A program made the translations under genes and the position numbers. A DNA stretch of 64,000 nt, from the NCBI RefSeq assembly GCF_002113885.1, contig NW_018408516.1, forward strand, positions 317,234-381,233, read 5' to 3'. Positions within the stretch are counted from its first letter, which is position 1, and each line of letters begins with the position of its first letter. Origin of the DNA: Mizuhopecten yessoensis. Its lineage: Eukaryota. The notes under the pieces are model-generated. The model saw nothing but the letters and a program-made list of their open reading frames with translations. It had not been told where the DNA came from and searched no databases. Positions 26,641 to 40,400 of this stretch are shown here, one piece after another.

Positions 26641-27079
26641 GAAAAAAACCTTCACGTGTATCGTACAGCTTAGTTGTAAGCCGTCCCTGTTGGTCACGGT
26701 GGAATAATGATCTTGTATCGGGCAAACGTAAAGGGGCCTATAGAGGCCTTGGTTTCACGTAAAAGAGGATATACACAATCGGTCAGGTGTCTGTTTCAGT
26801 CCTCATGCAATCTTGATTAAAGTCGATCTCGTATAAAAAAAAAAACACCATAAAAACACAGTTATTCCCACAGACATACCAACAGTCGTTTGCTGCAATC
26901 TCATATGAAAACAAAATCAGTTTGTTTCCACAAAAAATACGAGCAGTCGTTTGCTGTCAAGTCTTACTGCCTATCTTAACAAATATATTGCCAACCAGGA
27001 AATCAGTTATTCCCGTGCGTCCATCCTTTATATAGTCATCTTTGCATTATGCTGGAAAATAGTATACAATCCTACATTC

Positions 27080-29333
27080 ATATTCACCGTCGCCAGTTTT
27101 TGGAAACAATATTTCATATTAAGATAACGAAGGTGTTCTGTCAGTTTGTATGAGGGATGGTAGAGAAAAGAATTTTAAAGTCAGCTGTTTTAACACTATT
27201 CGGGAGAGGATACTTAAATCTGATCAAAAAAATAATAATGAGCCTTTAAATTAATTCAAATCAAGTTTTCATTAATTCCACTGCTGATGTATAGAGAATC
27301 ACAATACGAATGTAACCGTGATTTAGTGGTCCACACCAGGCAGGTCAGTGTCACTTTAGTTATATGGAAAGATTAAAATACAGAAGAATGATAAGCTTGT
27401 ATTTTGTTCTTCTAAAATTAGAAAATGTTTAGGTAGAGTTTCCTTGGCTATCAAGCAAGCCATTTTGTAAGCAGTATAAGTAATAGTGTAATAGCGTTGT
27501 AGATAAGTTTCAAATTATTCATTGTTTTTTTCTCTCTGCCAACAAACACAAGCGTATCATTAATTTTGTTTCACAAACACAGTTTATAAGTTTTAATAAA
27601 CCATTTTAGATTTAACCGTTACGAATTAAATTTAGGTTGACACCACACCTGATGTTTGCTTGTTTAACAATACATTTTAAATTGTGTGGCAATGATTCAC
27701 GCCTTTGTTTATTGTGAGAGAATCGATCACTACATTACCTGTGTCAATACATTAACACGTAAACAACGGAGCCGACCATTGTTAGGAAACCGATCACTTC
27801 ATTACCTGTGTCAATACATTAACACGTAAACAACAGAGCCGACCATTGTTAGGAAACCGATCACTACGTTACCTGTTTCAATACATAAACACGTAAACAA
27901 CAGAGCCGATCATTGTTAGGTAATCGATCACTACATTACCTGTGTCAACACATTAACACGTAAACAACGGAGCCGACCATTGTTAGGAAACCGATCACTA
28001 CATTACCTGTGTCAATACATTAACACGTAAACAACGGAGCCGACCATTGTTAGGGAACCGATCACTACATTACCTGTGTCAATACATTAACACGTAAACA
28101 ACAGAGCCGACCATTGTTAGGAAACCGATCACTACATTACCTGTGTCAATACATAAACACGTAAGCAACAGAGCCGACATATTTGATCGATCGATTCGCT
28201 TGGTATATCATTAATTATATTGCCTGCTGTTATACGTATTAGTATGACCTCAATATTGGATTGAAAAAACTGGAAACAGCTCATCTTTTCGTCCATCCAA
28301 AAACATAATTTTCTATTAGTCTTCTTTAAATCTACAGGACAGTTTTCAAATTAACGTTGTATATGTCCTAGTTCACCATGCACTTTTGCGCTTTCCTTTT
28401 CTTTCCTCATTTAACCATCAACTCTTAAAACTTTATGCCAAATTAACAGGTGAAATTTAATAAGTAATGTATACGTCCGTATACTGAATGTCAAATCCAA
28501 AATGATTTATTACGTTCGTATTCATAATGTCGCATTCAAACTTGTAACACAAGTCGTTAATTATGTCGTTATACATAATGTCAAATCAAAAAGGTGTTTA
28601 ATTTCAACGGAAACAAGAAAAACAAAAAATTGATATTTTATTATCAAATTTTATTTGTGAAAATATAAGTTGTAATCTCAAAAGAATATAATGAATGGCA
28701 CACTTCAGTATAATCTCATCGAAAAACATCTATATATGTACATATATTTATTAAATATTTCAATCTATATATCCACACATCCTGATATTTCAGGGTCGAA
28801 TAATCGCCCCTTATCCCCATGAGGACACAGACCCTGGTATACCACACGCTCGCCTCGACAGACAACAAAGTAAGGGGTCTTCTCTCTACCGGCCCACACG
28901 TTAAGTCCGTCTGGTCGTCCGGTACAGCTAGGGTGACGGACGCTACACGGCACACAGTTAGGACCGTCACACTGGTTAGCCATGTAATCACCTGGTAAAA
29001 ACACAACCAATATAAGAAGAGTGGTCGTAGCGAGATGACAATACGTTTACTTTGATATTGAATACTCGGATATATACTAATTAAGTAAAATGCTATCTGC
29101 TATTTAGTTTAGAGTTATCGCTCTTATTACAAAATGTATTTTTGTTTTTCATAATTGATAACCTGGCATTAACACAAAACATATCAGTAGTATTTGAAGG
29201 GAGATGACATGCTAAAGTTTGTGACTAGTTTCTACCACAGTTTTAATTATCATTATATCATAAAATTAATATTTTGTTCCATTTTTGGAAAAGAGACGGC
29301 TTTATGTATCTGCTTGGAAGCCACTGCGATATT
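27080..29333 (+). repeat. Tandem segmental duplication, partial unit 3 (source of the orphan exons)
   Basis: Matches 2899-5275 and 17269-19113 up to gccactgcgata, then continues into the intact minus-strand gene. Confidence 0.9.
27720..28178. repeat. 67-bp minisatellite, 7 copies
   Basis: Same unit as 3552-4078. Confidence 0.95.
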
Positions 29334-30651
29334 TCAAAAGTGCCCTAATTTAACAAGTACACAGATTATTATCTATACAACTAATTTTACATATTTTAGT
29401 AATTCTTTTTAGAGAAGATAAAACGGTTAAATGGCATACATTGTATATCGTTTAGATAGTTTTATTAAATGTAAATGCATCTTGGGGGAATCTTGACGAC
29501 GCCAAGTTAAGATTTAAAAACAATATTTAAACACTGGTAACACTTTTTATGAAAAGAAAAAGAAAAAAAAAAGTTTTTATATTGGCTTCCGTTTTTAAAT
29601 CAAACCGTAACCGTCGGTATTTTTATCTTTCGTCAATAATTTATGACATCATAGAATTGATACTTGTGATGACATACCAGGTGTTATTGCACGTGAAATA
29701 CCCTTGAAACATCACGCGATGTGATTGTGTTATTACGCTTTAATATGATATAAATATAAAAAAACGTCCAAGTACACGCATACATTTATCTTGACGTATG
29801 CCGTTTCTACACTTACATGGATCCTTGGGTTCGATCCTGTCCCCACATTTGACGGTGTCCGGGTAAGCACAGCGCTTACTGTCCTCGTCGTACAGTAGAG
29901 GGTAGGGACACTCTTGTACTTCCGGTATGAAGGGCATCCCCATTTCCCTCGGAACTGGGCAGTTCGTGTATTTGGCACAGGACTCCTGCAAAGCCGCGTT
30001 ACATGGGAGAACTGGCATGTTTTGTTTGGAGCCTAAAAGTATGCGAAATATCTATGTTAAAGTCAATTGTAATCAAATAAATACGTAATGTTGTTTTTCT
30101 ATCTATTTGATTTTTTGTCTTAAAACAAACACATCATGCTTTATGAATTACAAATGTATGTAAAAAACTGACTGATTACCGTGATGTTGTTGCGGAAAAA
30201 TAAGCAAATAACTTATACAATCGTTTATACGTTTTATAGTAACACAGATATTTGTTTATCAAAATATATCAGTGAATACGTAAAAAAAAATGGATTTATA
30301 TTATTGCTTAACATTGCTAAATAATCTAGTCTTCATTCATTGTAATGGTATTCATTACCCAATTTAAACTATATTACATGATCATTATCATGTCAATAAT
30401 AAGAAGATCAAAATGAAATACTTACACTTGTCGAAGGGCGATCCTCTGGGAACACATGCTTCACTGTCAGGGTCTGTAACCATGTTTTCAGGACAAACGT
30501 ATTTAGTTCTCCGTCCGTTGTAACACAAATAAAAAACGGAACAATCTGCAGGGTCTTCTTTCCACCCGACACCGGTCATATCCTCACACTCCTTACTTAC
30601 ATCGAGCGCTGATGCGATGGCAAGAATTGACACCAGAACAAGTCCTTTCAT
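28765..30651 (-). CDS. Secreted chitin-binding protein (3x ChtBD2-like), 222 aa; exons 30651-30426, 30032-29817, 28991-28765
   Basis: Signal peptide MKGLVLVSILAIASA; six-Cys domain KECE..DCSVFYLC..VC..AC..DKC; GT-AG phase-1 introns; 669 nt in frame. Confidence 0.92.
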
Positions 30652-30738
30652 TGTGACGTTTGTATATGGAACTGTACCAGTGTTTGGTGTATGTCTGGGA
30701 AATATCAATTGTATGCTCCGTAGTTTAATGCATCCGAG

Positions 30739-30746
30739 TATATATA
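30739..30746 (-). promoter_or_regulatory. TATA box candidate
   Basis: TATATATA about 90 bp upstream of the ATG at 30651, the same spacing as in the paralog. Confidence 0.5.
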
Positions 30747-31694
30747 CTTTACTCTAACCTTCCCAAATTAAGGATGATACTATGATATACCATGGTAATC
30801 ATTTTGCCTGTGACCGGAAATGACGAAGTAGATCGTCTCGATGACGGGTCACCCACACCATCACTATCATCACCTTACATAAATTCTTGCTTAATGTATA
30901 ACCACGTCACACCTTCGAAATACTTAGCATTTTTTCTCTTGGTCAAATGTCCACTACTGGAGTGGCGAATTCTGCACCGTTTCCGGTCACATGACAGATG
31001 TTGGTCACATGACCGGGGAGTGCTGCGGCCTCTGTAGACTTTGCACTGTGTTTTCTCACCCTGGGTACCACCGTGCCAGGCTTGTACGTCCGATTATGAA
31101 TATCATGTATTCTAGACACAGAGCACGTGACTGTTTGTGTATGGTGGTCATGGATTGCTTTGTATCCAAGATTCTGTGGGCGTTCTATGTTATGTTGAGC
31201 TATATTTAGAAGTTAGCATGGGTCTCCTCGTTTGTTTTGCTTTGAAAGCCGTAGGCGGTTAATCAAATGTGCATCTAAAAAATATAAAAACAAAGCGAAA
31301 GATTGATAAAATAACAAAAATATTTATTAATGAATATTAAAGCACTTCTTTTCAAGTGGATTTGAATCCGATGATTTTTAAAAAATTAAAGTAACAGATA
31401 ATTTTCATCACCATTAAATTAAGGAATGTTGTAGTACAAACAGTGACGTAACTCTCACATTAACATATTAACCTTATTGACGAGGATCTGGTAATCGTGA
31501 TCAAAAGGGGTACAACATGATAACTGTTTGTACAGTTTATTTCGGAACCTTTGTCACCGTCTCCGACAAGGAGATTAGATGCTTCTGGTGTCACAAACAC
31601 ATGCAATACCAGCACCACGATTTCCCGACGTGACGTCATCCTGACGTTTGTAGTACTTGTTTGTGAGGTCAGCTTACAGGAGCGGTCAGTAGGG

Positions 31695-31701
31695 TATATA
31701 A
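31695..31701 (+). promoter_or_regulatory. TATA box candidate
   Basis: TATATAA about 145 bp upstream of the ATG at 31842. A TGACGTCA site lies about 65 bp further upstream. Confidence 0.5.
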
Positions 31702-31841
31702 CGGGCTACATCTCATGGACCCTGGGTACAAACAACTAAGGCGTAGAGACTTTACGACTTCTAAGACTAAATAGCATTACGGAAACATTATTTCAAAAAC
31801 ATATAATAACACAATAACAACTTAAAGTGTATCAAAGTAAG

Positions 31842-34361
31842 ATGGAGAATTTGATTGTGTTGGTGATGGGTGCGATCGTTCTCACAGAAGCTCGACAGAT
31901 ATGTGACGGTAATGTGGGAGTCCAGTGGAGGGGGGATCCTAAGGACTGCTCTGTATTCTACATGTGTGTGGGGGACGTCATGTCACAGTTCCGCTGTTCA
32001 AAGGGCACGGTGGTCGACGTGTACAGCAAACGGTGTGTGAAGGAGGGATCCGCCCAGGATAGATGTACATGTAAGTCTGTAATCAAATAAGTATCATAGT
32101 TACATAATAGTCTTATAGGGCATAACTAAACAGTGAACATTACTATCGTCTTGTTTCTTTACCATCATCGTTATTTATTTATTAGTCTGGAACAGGACAG
32201 TACGTTGCTACACGATATTATATCTGAGTCAAAGACTGTGGACGTTACACACGAAGTTAATATATTTTCACCTTTTCTAGTTGAGATTTGTTTGGAAAAT
32301 ATTTACGTTGAACAAACTCGATTGCTACTGAACCAGACGTGTTTTGGTAAACAGTAGGAACGCAATAGGAGAGTCGAAATTGTCTGGCCATGTTTGATGA
32401 CAATGGGGATGTTATTTTGTCAAACAATTATCTAATATGGTCAAACATCGCTAATGGTAATTTTATTAAGTTTATATAAAGACGTATGTCTTGTTATAAT
32501 TGGTTACTGTGGTGATGTGAGTTAACTTAACGAAATGACCCTCACTATGACATACAGCAAGTGCATTACACGTACATACAATATTATGATTTAGTATGGT
32601 TTTATTGGATTTGGCGTCCGTTTAACAGCTAAGGTCATTACTACAACCCTGAAATACTATGCCGAGGGCATTACTCTGACTATATCAAGCGGTCACATCG
32701 TACCGACTGACAACCAGGTTTTGCGATTACCCTAAGTGCTGAACGTTAAGCTTTGAATTAACTACCATATTAAGGACTTGGGCGAACGTTCAATATTAAA
32801 GCCAAATATAAGGTATTGCCTAGCAGAGCACTAGGGAACACAAATGTTGTTATGAAGTAGGAAGATAACGTTAAGATTCCAATTGTTGCAAAGAGGGCGG
32901 CAGATTTATTTAAAGGTCTGTTGAATTGAAATGTATATATACATAAATGCATGCTGGATTAAAACTTATGTCACATTTTCGTTAGTGTTGTCCGTTCAAT
33001 TCTAGTTTGTTTTCTTGTTCTTGTTTCCTAAATACGTACAAAATACGTTTGTACCATGTAAGATTGTTTTTTTACATTCTTTTGTTTTGGATGATTGTTC
33101 TGTAGATGTCACTCAAAACATTAGCACGTGCCAGGGCGGTCAGACGAACCTAGGTGTGATGAGTTCCTGCGCTAAGTACATAGACTGTATAACGTCCCGA
33201 AGGACCGGGATCGTCACAGAGAGGGAGTGTTTATATCCTCAGCTGTACGACCAGGTCAGCGGGGAGTGTCGTCAACCGGAAACCGTCATCTGTGGTGACA
33301 GACCGGAACCCAAGGAACCATGTAAGTGTTTTACAACTCTTTCCTGGTGTTTTATGCTTCAAACGTAATTATTATACACTGTATCTTCTTTTTTATTGAT
33401 TTTATTCTCCATATAATATATTGTTGTTCATTGAAGGCTGTCATAAAACCTATGTCGATTTAAGTTTACAGTGCCTATTTAACTGCTTAAAGTGCTATTA
33501 CAGATTGTAATTGTCTAAAACTTGTGTTTATCAAACTTACTTCGAAAACCAGCGTATTCATCGAAAATAAAATTATAAAACTTGTGTTTATTTTAACGTA
33601 CTACTGAATCTTGTTTTTATAAGATAAAGTCAACAAATACTCATATGAATCTAAAATTTCTATTAGAACATGTATTTAGCAGAACTAAAAATGTCTTCTA
33701 AAAATTATCTATTACAAAGTTTTTTAAAATTTACTACTGAAACTTATATTCATAGAAAAGTTTATCGAATATGTGGAACATAATGAAAAAAAATCCAAAA
33801 CTTCATAAAGTTTGTACGTTTACAAAAACTCCACTAAAAGCTGTGTTTCTATAAAGTATTACTACCCTTTATCTATCAAATACTTGATTAACCTTGTGTT
33901 TATATCAGAGTACTATGTAACTTGTGTTTTTCTCAAAGAACTGTTAAAAGTCTGAATTTTCATCTGCAAAATAATAATCCCTTATTGGTCAAATTTCAGA
34001 TACAAGATATATCATATAACATTCCGTATAAGAATAATATTCACTTAATGATAAACATCGATTTAACAAAAGGTGTCAAAAGATATTTTTTTGTAAAACA
34101 AAAGTTTTCCTCTGTGTTACAGGTGACTATGATGCCAATAAATGTAAGACAGCCCACTGCATCCCCTGTCGTCTGCGCATGCCCAGCTGTCAAGGATATC
34201 CGGATGGGCCAAACGTCTGGTCTGGAAGGGAACGATCTCCATATTATGTTGTCTGCAAAAACGATCGAGTTATTTTCCAGAACAAATGTTCTGGAGGAAA
34301 ACCCCAACGGTTTGATCCGGTGTTAAAGAAATGTGTTGAATATACTCCAATTATTGTGTAA
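31842..34361 (+). CDS. Secreted chitin-binding protein (3x ChtBD2-like), 227 aa; exons 31842-32070, 33106-33321, 34123-34361
   Basis: Signal peptide MENLIVLVMGAIVLTEA; IC..DPKDCSVFYMC..RC..RC..DRC; ECLYPQLYD; DYDANKC...CIPCRLRMPSC; GT-AG sites; 684 nt in frame. Confidence 0.9.
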
Positions 34362-34817
34362 AAGTTTATTGTTGTAAATGAACATTATTACTTTGAGATT
34401 GTTTGCAGTAGTATTTGTTTTTGTTCCTTGTATGTTTTCTAGAATGCTTTATTATAATAAACTGAATTGTTATTGTTCAAAAGTTTTATTCTTGTCTATT
34501 ACAAACAAAATCCAGTAATACTGTTTCAGATGCTAACGATGTAATGGAAAACCCTTAGGGAATATGCTATTGTGGATGTGTGTAAATAAAACTCGTGACG
34601 CTGAGGATATCAGGTTTAAATGTACTACGTGTACGTATATTTAAAAGTCAATAAATGACCTAATGGCACTCGCATTTAAAATAACATACGGCTTTAATGG
34701 TTAAAGGAGCGCTGTGCAATTAATAGTTTTATGAGCGTGTTAGAATATCACTTTCTTCTATCAAAATGTCTGACGATTTGAATCTACTCTACCATACCTC
34801 ATACCAAACAGGAAAAA

Positions 34818-35110
34818 TATTATTATTATTATCAATGCTTAACGGCCCATCAACACAGGATAGGTCATTAGGGCCAACAAATGGCCGACAAAAACAAGGG
34901 CTAAATCCAATTTTAAAGGTATGAAAAAGGAGAAAGAACACAAGAGGAAGAAAAGAAAAAAGAAAGGACAAAAACAAAATCTACACTATCTACATGGGAC
35001 TCTGACGATTTACCACAGCCCGACCAATCCAGAGGCGGCCATCTGTATTCCAAACATCCAGGAAGGAATGCACAACGGTGCAAACCTAGCATTTGCGTCC
35101 CGGCCAAAGG
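34818..35110 (-). mobile_element. Possible 3' end of a LINE or SINE with a (TAA)n tail
   Basis: The reverse strand ends ggccctaatgacctatcctgtgttgatgggccgttaagcattgataataataata after a pyrimidine-rich tract. No coding evidence. Confidence 0.3.
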
Positions 35111-36539
35111 ACGTTATTATGACAGTTTCTTTTTCAAGAAATGTAAACGGCGATATATATGGTTAATATGTTATCTTATTTTGTGAAAAGCAGAACACAG
35201 GTCGGAAAGAATTCTATTGAGGATGACATTATGAAAGTAACCGAGTTCCTGGTTTACCATGTTTATAAAGACCTCCGTATATTTATAGTTTGCCCTAGGT
35301 TAATCGATTTCGAGTTCTAATTACAGATTACAGTTTTATTAACACCGCGGTACTCCCTTTTCTTAAAACAAATAAAGGTGTGTTTAATAGTTGACGAACG
35401 AAATGTTATAATTAAATAATTCGTGTAATAATTTAAACCATCATCACAAACATTTATCTAAACTAAGTCAAAGCATTATATTCATCGATGAAGGAATCAA
35501 ATAACGAATATCGACAGTGTAAACAACAAAAAAACATTATAGATTGAAATTCTACTTCTGATGATGTTAACATTGCTAAATAAAACATCGGTAGGCAAAA
35601 ATAAATACTGCGTTGCTATGCATTTTATGTCTAAACAACAGTACAACATGAACTATTGATCCATGTAAAGAGTTTGATTTTTTCTTTATTTTGTGAACAT
35701 TTTAAAAGAACATATGCGTTGATTTTCTATTTCATGTATTGAAATAAAGATGATGACAGAATAACAGACCGTCTGGCTAGCATCACAGAGGATTGTAAAT
35801 ACACTTTTGTGATTTTGTTCTTCCAGTTTGTGAATGATGGCATGCACACCTTTGCCGTATTACCATAGTAATGTATAGTGTCAAATCTGTTATTCATAAC
35901 GTATTACATATGTATGATATGGACACGATTGATGTTCATGTATACTGTTGAATCACATATACTTTCTCTCCTAGCTTGTCCTGGTGATACCGAACAGACC
36001 TGCCGACCCAGGACTACTAGGTAATTTTAGAATGTCAGTGTTATATATAAATACAATTGTCAGTCTAAACACATCCCCTCTGACTTCATTAAAAAGACAT
36101 CGTCGTGTCACATGTCCATTTGTCAATACACCATGCATAACCCAACAACAACTCAACCTTGACGGTTTCCTCTTAACTACATTTATTACTTTGTGTTACA
36201 CTTAATACGTTTATATTTCGCGGAGAATATACTGAAATGTTGTATTAGTTTAAAAAATAAGTGACATAACAATCCGCGACTGACATACACTATTGACCCT
36301 GTGATAGAGTGACTTAGGACTGTTGACTTGTATGCCTGTTACGCGAATTTTAAACTCTTGATTTCTTTTAACAGTTGTTTTGTTGACAATACGTTAATAG
36401 GTCGTTCAGTTATTTTGTTTAAATGCTAAATGAATTGTAAATAGTACCCAATATTTTATTCTAATGCATATAAAATGTTGTATAAACATAACGTTATCTT
36501 CTGTACGCTATTTTTTATTTCAACATTATTCCTACTTTT

Positions 36540-36710
36540 GTTTGCTGACAAATTGTTCTGTTAAAATCACCATATATTCTGTGCGCTGATAAACTGTTTT
36601 GTTAAAATTACTGCATCTTCTGTACGCTAATAAATTGTTTTGTTAAAATTACTGCGTCTTCTGTACGGTGATAAACTGTTTTATTACAATCACTATATAT
36701 TATGTACGCT
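36540..36710. repeat. Degenerate ~41-bp tandem repeat, 3-4 copies
   Basis: ttctgtacgct(g/a)ataaactgttttgttaaaattactgc is repeated. Confidence 0.6.
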
Positions 36711-37409
36711 TATGTATTTGTCTGTCTGTCTGTTGTTCGCCAATTAGTTGTTTTAATTTCCCTATGGTTCAATGTGAAAATGAAGTGTCTGTCTTAGAAC
36801 ATTGTTGACCTATATACTTTACAGGATAGAACAGACGAGAGTATGAGTGATTAACAATTACGAAGTCGTTTTCCACCTCCAGTTTTATTCGTAAGGGTTG
36901 TTGTCTAATGTTTTGACACTGTTTCTGTCTCTTATCATCTGTACAATAATTGGTTGTAAACTTAACACTGTCTGTTATTTAATGTAAGACTCCAGTCTCA
37001 CGATCAAAGACTTGCTCACTCTGACTCAGATCAGCTGTGACCTAAGTCACTGTGACTCAGATCAGTTGTGACCTGAGTACTTGCCTTGATTTGACTAGCA
37101 AACATTTGATAGGTGCCACATGTGGTGTATATTTTTTTTAAACCCGGTGTTGCTTCCGGTTTTTTAAGTGGTACCGCCAATGAGATTTGGGTGATGGATC
37201 AACGTTCTGCTTTTGTATTGGGTACAAGATACTTTACATTCTAAAACAACAATACAAATAATATCCGTTATTTATTATTAAAAGGTTTCGATGTTGATTT
37301 TAATTGGAACATTTGGCACACGAAACAACTTCAATACCAATTTGAAAAAAACAACATAAATTAATCCCTTTTGAATACCCTATTTTGACAAAGAAATCCT
37401 GGTTGAGTC

Positions 37410-40400
37410 TTATGGGAACTTGTAGACATCCTTAGACTGGAGACAGGTGTGGATGACGGGGTCGAACACGAACTTGTATCCAGCATTGGGAGACATACAT
37501 TCCCCATGGAATACAACACGTTGATCTTTGCACACCAAAAAGTGTGGTGATTTTTCGCGGTTTTTCCAGGGGTGAATTCCGTTCGGGAGTTTCTTGCATG
37601 TTCCGAAGCGCAAGATGCATGGAAGGCAGGAAATAGTTCTACATTGGTTGGCAATGTATTCACCTGTGAAAGACAAAAGTAAACAATAAAACTGGTGATA
37701 ATTTATCTCATTTCTTAAAATAAACAAATTTTATCTGAGGACATTTCCGGAAGAAAGATGCATGTTGAGGACATGGGAAGTACCGAATATCCAGGGTAAA
37801 GACAGGTTGATTCACAGACAGGCGGACAGAAGGTAAGGCACATTTCAAATCCTATTCCAAAGCATCATCGTATGGGTAGTCTAGTGATGGTGAAACCTTT
37901 TCTGAATGGATCCAAAAATCTAAAATTAATTTATTTTCAATTTCCAAGTAACTTCCTCTGTGTATAATTGCAGCAAGTGACGTAATGGTATATTGTTTTT
38001 AATTGTTCATTATTCTATATTGTATGGTGACGTAATGGTATTTTTATTTTAATGTTCAGTATTCTCTATTGTATAGTGACGTAGTGGTATATTGATTTTT
38101 AATTGTTCAGTATTCTCAATTGTATAGTGACGTAATGGTGTATGGATTTAATTGTTCAGTATTCTCTATTGTATAGTGACGTAATGGTATATTGATTTTA
38201 TTTTTATTTTGATATTGATTTTTAATTGTTCAGTATTCATTTTAATGTTCAGTATTCCTATTGTATGGTGACGTGGTGGTATATTGATTTTTAATTGTTC
38301 AGTATTCTATATTGTATGGTGACGTAATGGTATATTGATTTTTAATTGATCAGTATTCTTATTGTATGGTGACGTAGTGGTATATTGATTTTTAATGTTC
38401 AGTATTCTATATGGTATGGTGACGAAGTGGTATTTTGATTTGAATTGTTCAGTATTCTATATTGTATGGTGACGTAGTGGTATTTTGATTTTCATTGTTC
38501 ACTATTCTCTATTGTATGGTGACGTAGTGGTATATTGATTTTTATTGTACAGTATTCTATATGGTATGGTGACGAAGTGGTATTTTAATTTTTAATTGAT
38601 CAGTATTCTATATGGTATGGTGACGAAGTGGTATTTTGATTTTCATTGTTCAGTATTCTATATCGTATGGTGACGTAATGGTATATTTATGTTTAGTTGT
38701 TCAGTATTCTCTATTGTATGGTGACGTAGTGGTATATTGATTTTTATTGTTCAGTATTCTATATTGTATGGTGACGTAGTGGTATCTTGATTTTTATTGT
38801 TCAGTATTCTATATTGTATGGTGACGTAGTGGTATATTGATTTTTAATTGTTCAGTATTCTCTATTGTATGGTGACGTAGTGGTATATTTATTTTCATTG
38901 TTCAGTATTCTATATTGTATGGTGACGTAGTGGTATATTGATTTTTATTGTACAGTATTCTCTATTGTATGGTGACGTAGTTGTATATTGATTTTTAATT
39001 GTTCAGTATTCTCTATTGTATGGTGACGTAGTGGTATATTGATTTTTATTGTTCAGTATTCTATATTGTATGGTGACGAAGTGGTATTTTGATTTTCCTT
39101 GTTCAGTATTCTCTATTGTATGGTGACGTAGTGGTATATTGATTTTTAATTGTTCAGTATTCTCTATTGTATGGTGACGTAGTGGTATAATGTTTATAAA
39201 TGTTCAGTTTTCATATTGTATAGTTACGTAATGGTATATTGATTTTTAATTGTTCAGTATTCTCTATTGTATAGTGACGTAATGGTCTATGGATTTAATT
39301 GTTCAGTATTCTCTGTTGTATAGTGACGTAATGGTATACTGAAATTATTTTTATTTTGATATTGATTTTTAATTGTTCAGTATTCATTTTGATTTTCAGT
39401 ATTCCTATTGTATGGTGACGTGGTTGTATATTGATTTTTAATTGTTCAGTGTTCTCTATTGTATAGTGACGTAATGGTGTATGGATTTAATTGTTCAGTA
39501 TTCTCTGTTGTATAGTGACGTAATGGTATATTGATATTATTTTTATTTTGATATTGATTTTTAATTGTTCAGTATTCCTATTGTATGGGGACGTGGTGGT
39601 ATATTGATTTTTAATTGTTCAGTATTCTCTATTGAATGGTCACGTAGTGGTATATTGATTTTTAATTGTTCAGTATTCTCTATTGTATAGTGACGTAATG
39701 GTGTATGGATTTAATTGTTCAGTATTCTCTATGGTATGGTGACGTGGTGGTATAATGATTTTTAATTGTTCAGTATTCTCTGTTGTATAGTGACGTAATG
39801 GTATATTGATATTATTTTTATTTTGATATTGATTTTTAATTGTTCAGTATTCTCTATTGTATGGTGACGTAGTGGTATATTGATTTTTAATTGTTCAGCA
39901 TCTCTATTGTATAATGACGTAATGGGGTATTTATTCTTATTTAGCTTCCAAATATGAAAAGCAATAAATACTTAATAAGAACCTGAAGTCAGATATGTCA
40001 ATAACACAATTTGAAGTAAATTATTCTCCCTCGTGGACAAACAGTTAATATACAGCATAACAACGCTATCACCCCCCCCNNNNNNNNNNNNNNNNNNNNN
40101 NNNNNNNNNNNNNNNNNNNNCCCCCCCATGCAGGGAAACCCCGAGGGGTTAGAAAGGATATATAATATATCACTCATTTGAAATGTTCAAACTTGATTTT
40201 TTGATCGCTTCTCAAACTATTCGTATCAATTTTTATGAGATAAGTGATTGCTCCAGGGCATATAGCGTCTAAGTAAAGAGGTATTAACTACTTATATTCA
40301 CTGGTAATTACATAAATCAATCAGTTAAGTATTTCTGTTTCCACCGTGGCGCAATTATATATGAAAATTGAAACATAAGATATTTCCATTTATAATTTGA

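Larger units (their letters stand above)
17269..27079 (+). repeat. Tandem segmental duplication, unit 2 (~9.8 kb)
   Basis: Colinear with unit 1 (orphan exon, LINE fragment, PLE remnant, + strand gene, downstream region) but without the LINE insertion. Confidence 0.9.
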
